Positions 8,992-19,675 are shown, counted from the stretch's first letter. The stretch: 64,000 bases of DNA from an uncultured Candidatus Binatia bacterium (GCA_965218425.1 OZ244621.1:1696001-1760000), one strand, 5' to 3'. Translations and numbers: made by a program. The notes: generated by a model not told the origin, from the letters alone.

Positions 8992-9941
8992 TGCGAATCC
9001 TCTGGTACCATTGGATGATAGGGTTTTCATCGGCCCTGCTGATGCATGCGGTCGCCATGGCCGGACTGTTGTGGGAGCCGAAGATCCCCAGGGCCGAAAG
9101 CACCGGAAGCGCCGAGAGCACCGAACCGGCCGGGGTCGAGATATCCCTTGGCCCTGCCGTCACTCGGCCGGGCAGCGTTGCCGGAGCGATCACGGAGATA
9201 CTTAAGGCGGAAAGGGTGGCGGCCGCCGAAGCCGCCCTGCAAGGACCTAGTGTAAAGACGGTGGCAACGTCGCCGGCGCCGGTTCAGGCAGAGGCCGTGG
9301 AATCCGTCGATGCCCCGGAGGTGGAGGCGGTGACCCCGGCCGTCACTACCGAGATGCAGGCAGTGACCCCCGCCGTCGCCACCGAGGTGCAGGCAGTGAC
9401 CCCGGTCGTCACTACCGAGGTGGAGGCCGTGGGGGCCGTGACCGCCGCCACTGCCGTGGAGGTCGAATCGGTTGCGTCACGGCCGGTGGAGCAGGCGTCG
9501 CGTGCGGAGTCGGGCGAAGCGGTGTCGTCCGGGCCGACTCCGGCGCCGGGCCCGGCTGAAAAGGGCGGCGCGCCGCAGCGGGGGGAGACCGCGGCGCGCA
9601 CGGTTGGGGCGACGGGCGCCCTTGACTCATCGGGCGCCGGCGGCGCGCCCCGCGCGCAGGGGGATTACGTGGGGCGGCTGCAATCATGGTTGGGAAAACA
9701 CAAAAAATATCCCAGAAGAGCCCGGGTCCGCCGTCAGGAAGGCACGGTTCTTCTCCATTTAGTGATAGACCGGGACGGGAGCTTGCGGGAATACCGGATC
9801 AAGGAGAGCAGCGGCTATGATTTATTGGACCGGGCGGCCATTGCAATGATCGAACGCGCTCAGCCGCTGCCGCGGTTTCCTGACAGCTTGGATCGGACAC
9901 GGATTGTGCTGGTGGTCCCGGTTCAGTTCGTACTGCGGTAA
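8991..9941 (+). CDS. tonB: Energy transducer TonB
   Basis: N-terminal helix SALLMH, low-complexity linker, C-terminal KKYPRRA..RRQEGTV...SSGYDLLDRAA...VPVQF. Confidence 0.9.
   Translation: MRILWYHWMIGFSSALLMHAVAMAGLLWEPKIPRAESTGSAESTEPAGVEISLGPAVTRPGSVAGAITEILKAERVAAAEAALQGPSVKTVATSPAPVQAEAVESVDAPEVEAVTPAVTTEMQAVTPAVATEVQAVTPVVTTEVEAVGAVTAATAVEVESVASRPVEQASRAESGEAVSSGPTPAPGPAEKGGAPQRGETAARTVGATGALDSSGAGGAPRAQGDYVGRLQSWLGKHKKYPRRARVRRQEGTVLLHLVIDRDGSLREYRIKESSGYDLLDRAAIAMIERAQPLPRFPDSLDRTRIVLVVPVQFVLR
9318..9431 (+). repeat. In-frame 33-bp tandem repeat in tonB linker (3 full copies plus partial)
   Basis: Encodes EVEAVTPAVTT/EMQAVTPAVAT/EVQAVTPVVTT/EVEAV. Confidence 0.85.
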
Positions 9942-10050
9942 ACCCATAGGCGGCTTATCCCTTTTCCGGAATTCTTCTCTAAACACTAGAGACTCAACAC
10001 TTCTTGACCGGTAGCTGAAAGCTGAGGCCGCTCGGCACTTTAACTCGTTG

Positions 10051-11529
10051 CTATTTAATGAAGAAGCCGAGTGATGCGCTGGTGTATTGCACCAGGGGCC
10101 CCCAGTAGACGCCGAACAGGACTGTGGGGATTGTCAGGAGAATCAGGAGGGGAAAGAAACCAGCCGTCATGGCCACTTGGCCATCGTCTGAGTTTGGGGC
10201 ATCCAGGAACATGGTTTTCACGATTCTGGCGTAGTAATAGAGCGAGACTACGCTGTTGAGAATGGCCACGACGGCCAGAATATAAAATTGGCCCTTGATC
10301 ACTGCGGCAAAGAGCAACAATTTTCCCACGAACCCGGCAAACGGAGGAAGGCCGGTTAGTGAAAATAGAAATATCGCCATGCAGACTGCCGGCACCGCGG
10401 CCCCACGCCAGGCCAGGCCCCGGTAACCTTCGACATCCTCTCTCCCCGTCGCATTGGAGACGATCACCACCACCAGGAAAGCGCCCAGGTTCATAATGAG
10501 ATAGACCACGATGTAAAAAAGCATCGCATTGAGCCCGTCATTGTTTAACACCACCAGCCCCATCAAGATATAACCGGCGTGGGCGATACCCGAGTAGGCA
10601 AGGAGTCGCTTTATATTCTGCTGATTGAGGGCGCAAAGGTTTCCCAAGGTCATGGTCACAATGCTGACGATCCACAGCACCTGCGGCCAATCCACACCTG
10701 GGATGAGGACCCAGTTTCCTCCTTCTCCAAGGCGGGAGATAGCGGGAAGGAAAAAACGAATCATGATGGCGACACCGGCGGCATTGGAACCCACGGAGAG
10801 AAAGGCCGTAATGGGGGTCGGGGCGCCTTGGTAAACGTCAGGGGACCACATGTGAAAGGGCGCGATTACGACCTTGTAACCGAATCCGGCAAGGATGAAA
10901 ACCAGGGCGATAAACAGCGCCGACTGATTGCCCGTGGACCCGAACAATACCTGGTTGATCTGTGCGTAATCGAGGCTCCCTGCCAAACCGAAGATCCAGC
11001 TCATGCCGTAGATCATGCTGCCCGAGGCGACGCCGCCATAGATGAGGTACTTCAGGGCGGCCTCACTGGATCGGCGGTTGTGAGGAAGCATGCCAGTCAA
11101 GATATAGGAGGTAATACTTACCAGTTCCAGAGACAGGTAGGCCATCAAGAGGTTGCTGGAGGAAGCCATGAAGAACATGCCCAGGGCGGAGGTGAGCAGC
11201 ACCGTGTAATATTCGCCCTGATGCACCTGACGGATCTCGTGACTCCCCATGGACATCCAGATAACCGACAGCACCGCCAGCAGGGATATGACTTTGAAAA
11301 AGAGACTGAAGTCGTCGAGGATGATCATGCGGTAAAAGAGCCATCCTCCGGAGGCGCCGCTGAGCTCCAGGACTGCCCAAAGGGATATGATGGATCCAGC
11401 CGCCGCCAATAGGGGCAGACCCTTCTTGTTTTCAATAAACAGGTCGAGGAAACCGAGGATCAGGATCGTCCCCACCAGGATGAGCTCGGGGTAAAAATAT
11501 TTAAGGCTCTCGATATTTGCGAAGTCCAT
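10051..11529 (-). CDS. nuoN: NADH-quinone oxidoreductase subunit N
   Basis: EAALKYLIYG, PFHMWSPDVYQGAPTP, NIKRLLAYSGIAHAGY; start placed at MDFANIE. Confidence 0.95.
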   Translation of the reverse strand: MDFANIESLKYFYPELILVGTILILGFLDLFIENKKGLPLLAAAGSIISLWAVLELSGASGGWLFYRMIILDDFSLFFKVISLLAVLSVIWMSMGSHEIRQVHQGEYYTVLLTSALGMFFMASSSNLLMAYLSLELVSITSYILTGMLPHNRRSSEAALKYLIYGGVASGSMIYGMSWIFGLAGSLDYAQINQVLFGSTGNQSALFIALVFILAGFGYKVVIAPFHMWSPDVYQGAPTPITAFLSVGSNAAGVAIMIRFFLPAISRLGEGGNWVLIPGVDWPQVLWIVSIVTMTLGNLCALNQQNIKRLLAYSGIAHAGYILMGLVVLNNDGLNAMLFYIVVYLIMNLGAFLVVVIVSNATGREDVEGYRGLAWRGAAVPAVCMAIFLFSLTGLPPFAGFVGKLLLFAAVIKGQFYILAVVAILNSVVSLYYYARIVKTMFLDAPNSDDGQVAMTAGFFPLLILLTIPTVLFGVYWGPLVQYTSASLGFFIK

Positions 11530-11534
11530 GGGTT

Positions 11535-13055
11535 TTACGAGAGATGAGGAATCACCATTCGGTTCAACTGGTCCAAGGAAGAACTCAGGAGGTCCAACAC
11601 CGCATGGGGGTAGACCCCAAGGATGACGACGATGATGGCAAGGGGGGCCAGGGTGAATATCTCCCGACAATTGATTTCGGCAATTCCATGGTACTTCTCG
11701 TTTGGTTGTCCCAGGTAAACCCGCTGCATGGTCCACAGGAGGTAGCCGGCAGTGAGGACTACTCCCGTTGCGCCCAGAATGGCCAGCACATGGTATTTTT
11801 GCCACGCGCCAAGCAGAACCAGGACTTCGGAGATAAAACCGGATAGACCCGGAAGTCCCATTGATGCAAAGAAAGCCAGCGCCGTTATAGCCGTATAGAC
11901 CGGCATCAACGCCGCCAGACCGCCAAAGCCTTCTATGTCCCGATGATGGGCTCGGTCATAGATAACGCCCACAAGAAGGAAGAGCATCGCGGTGATGGTT
12001 CCGTGGTTGAACATTTGCAGAACGGCTCCGTGGATCCCGTGAGGGGTGAACGATGCCATCCCCAACATAACGTATCCCATGTGACTGACGCTCGAATAGG
12101 CGATCAGCTTTTTAAAATCCTTCTGCGCCATGGCGCATAGGGCGCCGTAAATGATATTGAACGCCCCCAGAGCCCCTAGAAAGTAAAAGGCAAGGTCCGC
12201 AGTGGCCGCGGGGAGCATGGGATAATTTATCCGCAGGATCCCGTAGGCTCCCATTTTGAGCAGGACGCCGGCAAGGATCACTGAAATGGCGGTGGGTGCT
12301 TCCACGTGAGCGTCGGGAAGCCATGTGTGAAATGGGAAGGCGGGTATCTTGATGGCGAAGCCGATGAACAGCGCCATCCAAACCACGTGTTGGAAACCCC
12401 ATCCCCACAGATTAAAGGGCCAAACCGGAATTACGGCAACGCCGTATTTGTCGTTCTGGGCAATGAGTTGGGTCATGTCGAACGTGTGAGGTTCACTGGT
12501 GAAATAGAGGGCCAATATCGCCAACAGCATGAGAACACTGCCGAACAGCGTGTATAGAAAAAACTTGATGGCGGCATATTCCCGCCTTGGCCCTCCCCAG
12601 ATGCCGATGAGGAAATACATGGGCAGCAGCATCACTTCCCAAAAGATGTAAAAGAGAAAAAAATCGAGGGCCACGAATACCCCCATCATTCCCGTGTCCA
12701 GGAGGAGAAAGAGGGCGAAGTAACCTTTCACGGCCTTATCGATGCCCCAGGAGGCAAAGATACAGATGAAAGAGAGGAGCGCGGTGAGCAACACCATGGA
12801 GATGCTGATGCCGTCCACGCCCACAAAGTACTCGATATTGTAAGCCGGTATCCATGAAACCTTTTCAGTGAACTGAAGTCCGGGGATGTTGCGGTCAAAG
12901 TTGATGAAAAGCCAAACAGCAAGCAGAAGTGGAGGCACGGTGGCGGCAGCAGAGACCCAGCGGATCAGGCTGTGTAGCCCGGAGGGCAAGAGTAGAACCA
13001 CCGCCATCCCGACCAGGGGAATAAAGACCATATAGGTGAGCACGTTGTCCGTCAT
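11535..13055 (-). CDS. nuoM: NADH-quinone oxidoreductase subunit M
   Basis: GVDGIS, FWEVMLLPMY, PFHTWLPDAHVEAPT, KKLIAYSSVSHMG. Confidence 0.96.
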   Translation of the reverse strand: MTDNVLTYMVFIPLVGMAVVLLLPSGLHSLIRWVSAAATVPPLLLAVWLFINFDRNIPGLQFTEKVSWIPAYNIEYFVGVDGISISMVLLTALLSFICIFASWGIDKAVKGYFALFLLLDTGMMGVFVALDFFLFYIFWEVMLLPMYFLIGIWGGPRREYAAIKFFLYTLFGSVLMLLAILALYFTSEPHTFDMTQLIAQNDKYGVAVIPVWPFNLWGWGFQHVVWMALFIGFAIKIPAFPFHTWLPDAHVEAPTAISVILAGVLLKMGAYGILRINYPMLPAATADLAFYFLGALGAFNIIYGALCAMAQKDFKKLIAYSSVSHMGYVMLGMASFTPHGIHGAVLQMFNHGTITAMLFLLVGVIYDRAHHRDIEGFGGLAALMPVYTAITALAFFASMGLPGLSGFISEVLVLLGAWQKYHVLAILGATGVVLTAGYLLWTMQRVYLGQPNEKYHGIAEINCREIFTLAPLAIIVVILGVYPHAVLDLLSSSLDQLNRMVIPHLS

Positions 13056-13077
13056 CGTTTAGAGTCTCCTATACAAA

Positions 13078-15123
13078 TCAGCTCCAGTAGCGCAACTTGA
13101 AGAGAATGGCGAGAACCACTGCGCCAATAACCACGTAAAGGTAGGCGTTGATATTTCCGGTTTGAACCTTGCGAAGTTTGTCTCCCAGGAAGAACGTCGT
13201 ATCTGCGACTTTGTTGACCATCCAATCCACCACGTAGTTGTCGAACAGACCTTCGATCCAAGCGACGAAAGCAGTGGTCTTTGCGGAACCGTCCACGATG
13301 AGGTCGATGATGTAGCGGTCAATCCAGTCGCCGATGCGGGCGAACAGCAAAGCACCCTTCACGAAGAGAAAGTTGTAAATTTCATCGATATAGTACTTGT
13401 TGTAAAGGACACGGTGAGGAAGACCGCCGGCGAAATTGGAGAAACGTTCGGGGGATAGAGCTTTACTGTAATAAAGGATATAAGCGAGAAAGAATCCCCC
13501 TCCGGCCACGGCCACGGAAAAGATCATTAAAGCCCATTCCTGTGCCGCGGAACCGTGATGTTGCCCTGCGTGACCGCCGAGAACGGGCTCCAGCCAATGC
13601 TCAAATTGGCTTCCGCCGAATATCGCGGGAAGTCCGATCCAACCCGCCAGCAGTGCTCCAACGGCCAGGATCACTAAAGGGAGGGTCATTACTTTAGGCG
13701 ATTCGTGGAGATGGGCCTGGACATGAGGGTCAACTCGGGATTCCCCGTAGAAGACTAAGAACAGCTGGCGAAACATATAAAAAGCCGTCATTCCAGCCGT
13801 CAGGATCCCAATTCCCCACAGAAGGATGGAACCGTGGGAACTGGAGAAGCTTTTCCACAGTATTTCGTCTTTGGAGAAAAAACCCGCCGTTAACGGGGCT
13901 CCGCTGATGGCCAGGACCGAAACGGCGAAGGTCCAGAAGGTGGTGGGCATGGAGCTTTTCAGTCCGCCCATTTTTCTCATGTCTTGTTCCCCGCCCATGG
14001 CATGGATGACACTTCCTGAACCGAGAAAGAGACAGGCCTTGAAAAAGGCGTGGGTCATCAGGTGAAAGACAGCCGCTCCATAGGCGGCCACTCCGACCGC
14101 CAGGAACATGTACCCGAGCTGGCTGACGGTGGAGTAGGCTAGCACCCGTTTGATGTCGTTCTGAGTGATGGCAATGGTGGCGGCGAACAGGGCCGTGGCG
14201 GCGCCGATGATTGCAACTGCCTCCAGGGTCACGGGAGCCATGGAGTAGAGAAAGTGTAGACGCGCAATCATGTACACTCCAGCCGTCACCATGGTGGCGG
14301 CATGGATCAGGGCGCTCACCGGGGTAGGGCCTTGCATGGCGTCGGGAAGCCAAACGTGAAGGGGTATTTGAGCCGATTTTCCCGTGGCGCCGACAAAAAG
14401 AAAAAGGGTCGCGAGAGTGACAACTCCCATGCCCCAAATTTCCTTGTTTTGAATTAGCGGGGCGTACTTTTCTATTTCGCGGAATACCACTGTGCCATGC
14501 CCCACTTCGAATAGAGACCAGAAGATGAGAAAAATGCCCAGAAGAAAACCGAAATCGCCCACACGATTGACGATGAAGGCCTTGTTACCGGCCCTCGTGT
14601 TGGTGTGGTCTCGATACCAGAAACCGATCAAGGCGTAGGAGCACAGTCCAACTCCCTCCCAACCGATGAACATCAACAGAAGGTTGTCGGCCATGACGAG
14701 GACGAGCATGGCGAAGGTGAACAGGTTGAGATAGGCAAAGTAGCGCCAGTAAGAATCATCGTCATGCATGTAACCCATGGAATAAAAGTGAATCAAACCG
14801 CCTATGCCGGTTACCACCAAAATCATGACGGCCGAAAGGGGATCCAACCAGAAGGCCACATCCACGTTTAGAGAGCCAAGAGAAATCCAGGAATAGACGC
14901 GATTGATCAGAAAGCGCTCTTCGGGCGCCGCCGTGAAAAGGGTTGCAAAAACCCACAAGGAGAGAAGAAACGAGAGGCTAACCGGGGCGCAGGCAACAAT
15001 GCCGATGGGACCTTTGCCAAAATGTTTTTGTAGTTTGGCGCCCAGCAGCCCGTTGAGAGCAGCGCCCATCAAGGGTAGAAGCGGAATCCAGAAAAGAAAG
15101 CCGGCGGAAGTGGGATGATCCAT
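13078..15123 (-). CDS. nuoL: NADH-quinone oxidoreductase subunit L
   Basis: GWEGVGLCSY, GKSAQIPLHVWLPDAMQGPTPVSALIHAATMV, DIKRVLAYSTVSQLG. Confidence 0.96.
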   Translation of the reverse strand: MDHPTSAGFLFWIPLLPLMGAALNGLLGAKLQKHFGKGPIGIVACAPVSLSFLLSLWVFATLFTAAPEERFLINRVYSWISLGSLNVDVAFWLDPLSAVMILVVTGIGGLIHFYSMGYMHDDDSYWRYFAYLNLFTFAMLVLVMADNLLLMFIGWEGVGLCSYALIGFWYRDHTNTRAGNKAFIVNRVGDFGFLLGIFLIFWSLFEVGHGTVVFREIEKYAPLIQNKEIWGMGVVTLATLFLFVGATGKSAQIPLHVWLPDAMQGPTPVSALIHAATMVTAGVYMIARLHFLYSMAPVTLEAVAIIGAATALFAATIAITQNDIKRVLAYSTVSQLGYMFLAVGVAAYGAAVFHLMTHAFFKACLFLGSGSVIHAMGGEQDMRKMGGLKSSMPTTFWTFAVSVLAISGAPLTAGFFSKDEILWKSFSSSHGSILLWGIGILTAGMTAFYMFRQLFLVFYGESRVDPHVQAHLHESPKVMTLPLVILAVGALLAGWIGLPAIFGGSQFEHWLEPVLGGHAGQHHGSAAQEWALMIFSVAVAGGGFFLAYILYYSKALSPERFSNFAGGLPHRVLYNKYYIDEIYNFLFVKGALLFARIGDWIDRYIIDLIVDGSAKTTAFVAWIEGLFDNYVVDWMVNKVADTTFFLGDKLRKVQTGNINAYLYVVIGAVVLAILFKLRYWS

Positions 15124-15130
15124 AACGTTT

Positions 15131-15250
15131 CTAGATTTTAGACTTTGGGTTAAGGACTTTAGATTTTTGGACTTTGTTCATACTTGCTTTGGGTTTCGAG
15201 TTTGCACTTTTCCTTATACCCGGCGTTCTTTGCGTCTTCGCGCGAATCGT
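15131..15250. repeat. Degenerate 7-8 bp periodic repeats plus AAGACGCAAAG motif between nuoK and nuoL
   Basis: gattttag actttgg gttaagg actttag atttttgg actttg; 15220-15245 reads tcgcgcgaagacgcaaagaacgccgg on the minus strand. Confidence 0.55.
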
Positions 15251-15269
15251 TTTTCTTAACCAGGTTTTC

Positions 15270-15578
15270 CTATTCTTTGAGTGTTTGGGCCGCTTGAACG
15301 TCAATGGATTGAAAGAGCTGAAAAATGGCCAATACGATGGCAAGCCCCACCGCTGCCTCCGCAGCCGCTAGCATAATGACGAAAACTGCATAGATTTGAC
15401 CGTCAATCTCCATGCCGCCGAAATGAGCGAAGGCGACGTAGTTGACATTGGCGGAGTTCAGGATGAGCTCCACCCCCATCAAGATACTGATGGCGTTTCG
15501 CCGAGTCAGGACGGCATAGAAGCCGAGACTGAAAAGGACGGCGCCGATCACGAGATAGTGCGTTAGGCCAATGGTCAT
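15270..15578 (-). CDS. nuoK: NADH-quinone oxidoreductase subunit K
   Basis: RRNAISILMGVELILNS, AAAEAAVGLAI. Confidence 0.95.
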   Translation of the reverse strand: MTIGLTHYLVIGAVLFSLGFYAVLTRRNAISILMGVELILNSANVNYVAFAHFGGMEIDGQIYAVFVIMLAAAEAAVGLAIVLAIFQLFQSIDVQAAQTLKE

Positions 15579-15589
15579 CTGCAAGATCC

Positions 15590-16096
15590 TTACCCTTTAA
15601 TCTCCTTGCGGGCGAGGACGACCGCCCCAATCAGGGCAACCAACAAGACAAGGGAGGCCAGCTCGAAGGGGAGAAGGTACTTTCCCAGAAAGAGCTCCCC
15701 AATTTGCGCCGTGGTGGGCTCATGGGTCACCTTATCCGCCTTGTTCCAAGAGCTCTCGATGATGCTTGTCACCAGGAGGGCGAGCACCAACCCCGTCACG
15801 ATCAGGGCGGAGAATCTGCCTACGGAGCGGTTCGTAATGTGGACATCGGCAATCCTGTGGGTGAGCATGACAGCGAATAAAATAAGAACCAGGATGCCGC
15901 CCACATAGATGAGAACCTGGACGGCGGCGACAAAATCAGCGCCCAACATGACGTAGATACCTGCAACGCCGCCAAAGGTGCCCACCAGGGAGAAGGCTGA
16001 ATAGACAATGTTGCGTGAAAAGGCCACCCCTGCGGCGGATACTACAGTAATTCCCGCGATCAGGTAAAAAACGATCGTGCCAATCGAAATGTCCAT
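15590..16096 (-). CDS. nuoJ: NADH-quinone oxidoreductase subunit J
   Basis: QVLIYVGGILVLILFAVML, YLLPFELASLVLLVALIGAV. Confidence 0.95.
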   Translation of the reverse strand: MDISIGTIVFYLIAGITVVSAAGVAFSRNIVYSAFSLVGTFGGVAGIYVMLGADFVAAVQVLIYVGGILVLILFAVMLTHRIADVHITNRSVGRFSALIVTGLVLALLVTSIIESSWNKADKVTHEPTTAQIGELFLGKYLLPFELASLVLLVALIGAVVLARKEIKG

Positions 16097-16218
16097 GGGT
16101 CCAACGGTTAATTTTAGAAGACCCAAAAGACCGCAGGTCGTTTGGGTCGGTTACGGGAGGATTGTTAAGGATCCACGGCAAACAGGGCCTATCAGGCGCC
16201 CCCTTCACCGGCAGTCAA

Positions 16219-16782
16219 CTACCCCTCCTCAGAGCCCGCGCCTCCACTTTGCGGGCTGGCCAGCTCGTCCATATATTTTTTCCCAATTTCAACCTTTGTA
16301 ATCATCGTCGGTTCGGTTTCCCCGCCCTTCTTTGGCTTGTAAAGCGGGACGGGCTCCGTCACGAAATGTCGCACCAATCCGGCAGGATTGTGCACCGCCC
16401 CTTCAAATTCCTGGCTGTGCCGAATGGACCCCGTTGGGCAGGCTTCCGCACACAGACCGCAATACATGCACTTGCAGATATCGATATCGAATTGAGAAAA
16501 AGATCGCTGTTTGGTCTCCTTGTTCATTTCGATCCCTATGGCGATGCAGGTGATGGGGCACAGCCTTTCACAGGCAAGGCATCCCGTACAGATATCGAGG
16601 TCCACCTCCAGAATGCCCCGATATCTCAGGGGGAGGGTGTCCTGGACCTGCTTGGCCATACGATCTGGATACTGAATCGTAATGGGACGTCTGACAAAGT
16701 GGGAAAAGGTGATCGTCAGTCCCTCGAAGATCGTAGTAACTGTCTCCGCGATATTGCCGACGTATTGAGCCAGTGCGTTCAC
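16219..16782 (-). CDS. nuoI: NADH-quinone oxidoreductase subunit I (2x 4Fe-4S)
   Basis: TIQYP, CTGCLACERLCP and CMYCGLCAEACP. Confidence 0.95.
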   Translation of the reverse strand: MNALAQYVGNIAETVTTIFEGLTITFSHFVRRPITIQYPDRMAKQVQDTLPLRYRGILEVDLDICTGCLACERLCPITCIAIGIEMNKETKQRSFSQFDIDICKCMYCGLCAEACPTGSIRHSQEFEGAVHNPAGLVRHFVTEPVPLYKPKKGGETEPTMITKVEIGKKYMDELASPQSGGAGSEEG

Positions 16783-16798
16783 GAGTATCCGCCTTTCC

Positions 16799-17986
16799 CT
16801 AAATAAACGGTTTTAGATAAAGGTCCGGCTGCGAATGCCGAAGCTGAAATCTCACTCGTCGAGCGAAGAGACCCATGATCCCCAGGCCGAAGAGAAAGAG
16901 CGCCACGCTAATAATCTGATTGCCATTGGGCCAGATCAACATCCAGACGGCTGTTCCCAGCAAACACATGAACGAAAGGGGAACCATATACTTCCAGCAC
17001 AGGGACATAAGCTGATCCACCCTTACCCTGGGGAGCGTCCCCCTCACCCACATGGCGACAATAACCCACAAATAGGCCTTAAGAAAAAATACAGTGAATT
17101 CCAGTATGCCTCTGAGGATCGGGATATCGGTTACAGGGGGAATCTGCCATCCACCCAGGAAGAGGGTGGTGGCCACGGCGCCAATGACGTAGAGATTGCC
17201 CCATTCTGCAAAGAAAAAGAAGAGAAACCGCATGCCACTGTATTCTGTCACATATCCAGCCACCAGCTCCGACTCCGCCTCAGGGATGTCGAATGGAGTG
17301 CGATTGCCCTCGGCCAGCGCCGCAGTGAAAAAAAGGAAGAAGGCAATAAAAGTAAACGGGCTATGAAAAAAATACCATTGCCAGGGAGCCCAACCCTGCT
17401 GACCGATGATCCCCTGCATGCTGAGGGTGCCGGCGGTGAATATGATGACGAGCACTGAGAGACCGGCGGGGATTTCGTAACTGACAATTTGAGCTGCGGA
17501 TCGCATGCCTCCCAGGAGGGACCACTTGTTGTTGGAAGACCAACCCGCCATGAGGATCCCCACCACAACCAACGAAGTAACGGCTAGGATATAGAGAATC
17601 CCAATATTTAAGTCCGCCACGATTAGCCGGCTGCCGAAGGGTATGACAACAAAGGTGGCCAAAAATCCCACAAACACCACATAGGGGGCAAGGGCAAAGA
17701 GCTTTCTATCAGCCGCATCCGGAATGATGTCTTCCTTCAGTAGGTTTTTAATCCCATCTGCAAGCCACTGGAGGATCCCCTGGGGCCCCACCCGGTTGGG
17801 CCCCACACGCGATTGGATCCGACCCCAGACCCTTCTTTCCAGCCAGCTGGTTACACCTGCCAGGGGCGCCACGAAGAAAGAAAGGACGGCAAATGCCACA
17901 AGGATCATAACGAGGGCATAGATAACGTCTGCGGGAATCCCGGGAAGGAGTCCAAGCTCGATCAGTTTATCTGCAAAGGACTGCAT
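16799..17986 (-). CDS. nuoH: NADH-quinone oxidoreductase subunit H
   Basis: ERRVWGRIQSRVGPNRVG, RSAAQIVSYE, RTPFDIPEAESELVAG. Confidence 0.96.
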   Translation of the reverse strand: MQSFADKLIELGLLPGIPADVIYALVMILVAFAVLSFFVAPLAGVTSWLERRVWGRIQSRVGPNRVGPQGILQWLADGIKNLLKEDIIPDAADRKLFALAPYVVFVGFLATFVVIPFGSRLIVADLNIGILYILAVTSLVVVGILMAGWSSNNKWSLLGGMRSAAQIVSYEIPAGLSVLVIIFTAGTLSMQGIIGQQGWAPWQWYFFHSPFTFIAFFLFFTAALAEGNRTPFDIPEAESELVAGYVTEYSGMRFLFFFFAEWGNLYVIGAVATTLFLGGWQIPPVTDIPILRGILEFTVFFLKAYLWVIVAMWVRGTLPRVRVDQLMSLCWKYMVPLSFMCLLGTAVWMLIWPNGNQIISVALFLFGLGIMGLFARRVRFQLRHSQPDLYLKPFI

Positions 17987-17998
17987 GTTCTCTTCTAA

Positions 17999-19141
17999 CT
18001 AACGGTCGATTTCCGGGGCATCCACGTCCAGACTGGCAATCAGCGCGATCAAGTCCGCTACCATGATCCCTTCACTTAGTTTGTCCACGATACTCATGGC
18101 GGTGAAGGAACCGGTGCGAATGCGTACTCGGTAGGGGTATTCACTGCCGTCGCTGGTGACATAGAACCCCATGTCTCCGCGCGGCGCCTCTATCCTAATA
18201 TAGGTTTCTCCCGCGGGCGGTCGGAACTTCACTGGCACCTTGGCGATGGGGGGGCCCTTCGGTATCATTTTGAGGCACTGGCGCAAAATCTTGCAGCTCT
18301 CCATGATCTCGATGATCCGCACCATGTACCGGTCATAGCAATCCCCCAGGGTGCCCTTCTCCCCGGTGCCTACCGGCACCTCAAAGTCCAGCTCAGGATA
18401 AACCGAATAGGGCATATCCCTTCGGATATCCCAACGGACACCGCAGGCTCTTAGGTTAGGGCCGACAAGATTGTACTGAAAGGCATCCTCTTTGCTGACG
18501 GCGGCAATGTTTGCGAGCCGTTCTATGAAGATCTTATTATAGGAGAGCAGGCGATTAAATTCGTCCACGATGGGTTCGAAGTGGTCGAGAAATTGGGTAA
18601 TCCGATCACCGGTCTCGGTTTTTAGATCGAACCCGACTCCGCCGATCCTAAGGTAGTTGTAGGTAAGCCTTGCCCCACAGATCTCCTCCATCAGATTGTT
18701 GATGGTCTCCCTCTCCCTGAGGGCGTGAATAAAAGGGGTAATAGCCCCGATATCCTGGCCAAAGGTTCCCACCGATATAAGATGGCTGGCAATGCGGTTT
18801 AGCTCGCAGGCGACCACCCGGCAATACTCGGCTCGGCGGGGCACCTGAACGTTGCCGAGTCGTTCCGCCGCCATGCAAAAGCCCTGGTTGGCAAACATGG
18901 CCGCAAGGTAATCCGCCCGGTCGGTGTATGGAACGTACCCGTGCCAGGTCACCTTCTCGCCGATCTTTTCAATGGAACGATGGAGGTAACCCACGTCCGG
19001 GATGGCTTCCCGTATTACTTCGCCGTCCGTTCTGACAACGAAGCGCAGCACCCCGTGGGTGCTTGGATGCTGAGGTCCCACGTTGAGGGTCATGTCCTCG
19101 GTGTGAAGACCACTCTGTTCAGTCGGCTGGTGTTCGTTCAT
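17999..19141 (-). CDS. nuoD: NADH-quinone oxidoreductase subunit D
   Basis: [28 protein letters not shown]-terminal EIDR; no Ni-binding CxxC pairs. Confidence 0.95.
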   Translation of the reverse strand: MNEHQPTEQSGLHTEDMTLNVGPQHPSTHGVLRFVVRTDGEVIREAIPDVGYLHRSIEKIGEKVTWHGYVPYTDRADYLAAMFANQGFCMAAERLGNVQVPRRAEYCRVVACELNRIASHLISVGTFGQDIGAITPFIHALRERETINNLMEEICGARLTYNYLRIGGVGFDLKTETGDRITQFLDHFEPIVDEFNRLLSYNKIFIERLANIAAVSKEDAFQYNLVGPNLRACGVRWDIRRDMPYSVYPELDFEVPVGTGEKGTLGDCYDRYMVRIIEIMESCKILRQCLKMIPKGPPIAKVPVKFRPPAGETYIRIEAPRGDMGFYVTSDGSEYPYRVRIRTGSFTAMSIVDKLSEGIMVADLIALIASLDVDAPEIDR

Positions 19142-19155
19142 AGAAGGCCTCTTTG

Positions 19156-19662
19156 CTAACGGAGCACTTCACGTACCAGAGGTTCCCTTTGGGTGCTGAT
19201 GCCGTCGTACTCTTCCTGTTCCAGGTAGTCCTTACGTAGCGGATGACCTTTCCAGTCTTCGGGGAGCATGATCCTTCTGAGGTCACTGTGTCCTTCAAAG
19301 TTAATGCCAAATAGATCAAATGCCTCGCGCTCGAACCAATTGGCTACTTTCCATACCCCTTCCATGGTTGTGATGCTGGGTTGGTCTCGGGGTAAATCCA
19401 CCTTGAGCACGATGAGATGCCCGTGGGTATAGGATTGGAGGTGATAGACCACCTGGATCTTGTTCTCTTTGGGAAAGTCCAATGCGGTAAGGTCCGAAAG
19501 GACCTCAAATTTTAGCTCGGGGCCGTCTCTGAGGCAAAGACAAACTTCCTTGATGCGGTCAGAATTGACGGTGAAACAAGGGTCCATGGCCTCTCCGTTA
19601 AAGGCGCTGGTAACCCCTGGAAATTCCTGTGCTACTTTTTCGTAGATCTCACTTGCCTTCAT
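19156..19662 (-). CDS. nuoC: NADH-quinone oxidoreductase subunit C
   Basis: [40 protein letters not shown]. Confidence 0.95.
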   Translation of the reverse strand: MKASEIYEKVAQEFPGVTSAFNGEAMDPCFTVNSDRIKEVCLCLRDGPELKFEVLSDLTALDFPKENKIQVVYHLQSYTHGHLIVLKVDLPRDQPSITTMEGVWKVANWFEREAFDLFGINFEGHSDLRRIMLPEDWKGHPLRKDYLEQEEYDGISTQREPLVREVLR

Positions 19663-19675
19663 CTCTCGGCCCGTC

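Noticed and set aside
17999..19141. Group 4 NiFe hydrogenase large subunit
   Set aside because: No N- or C-terminal CxxC nickel ligands; quinone-site His and Tyr of NuoD present
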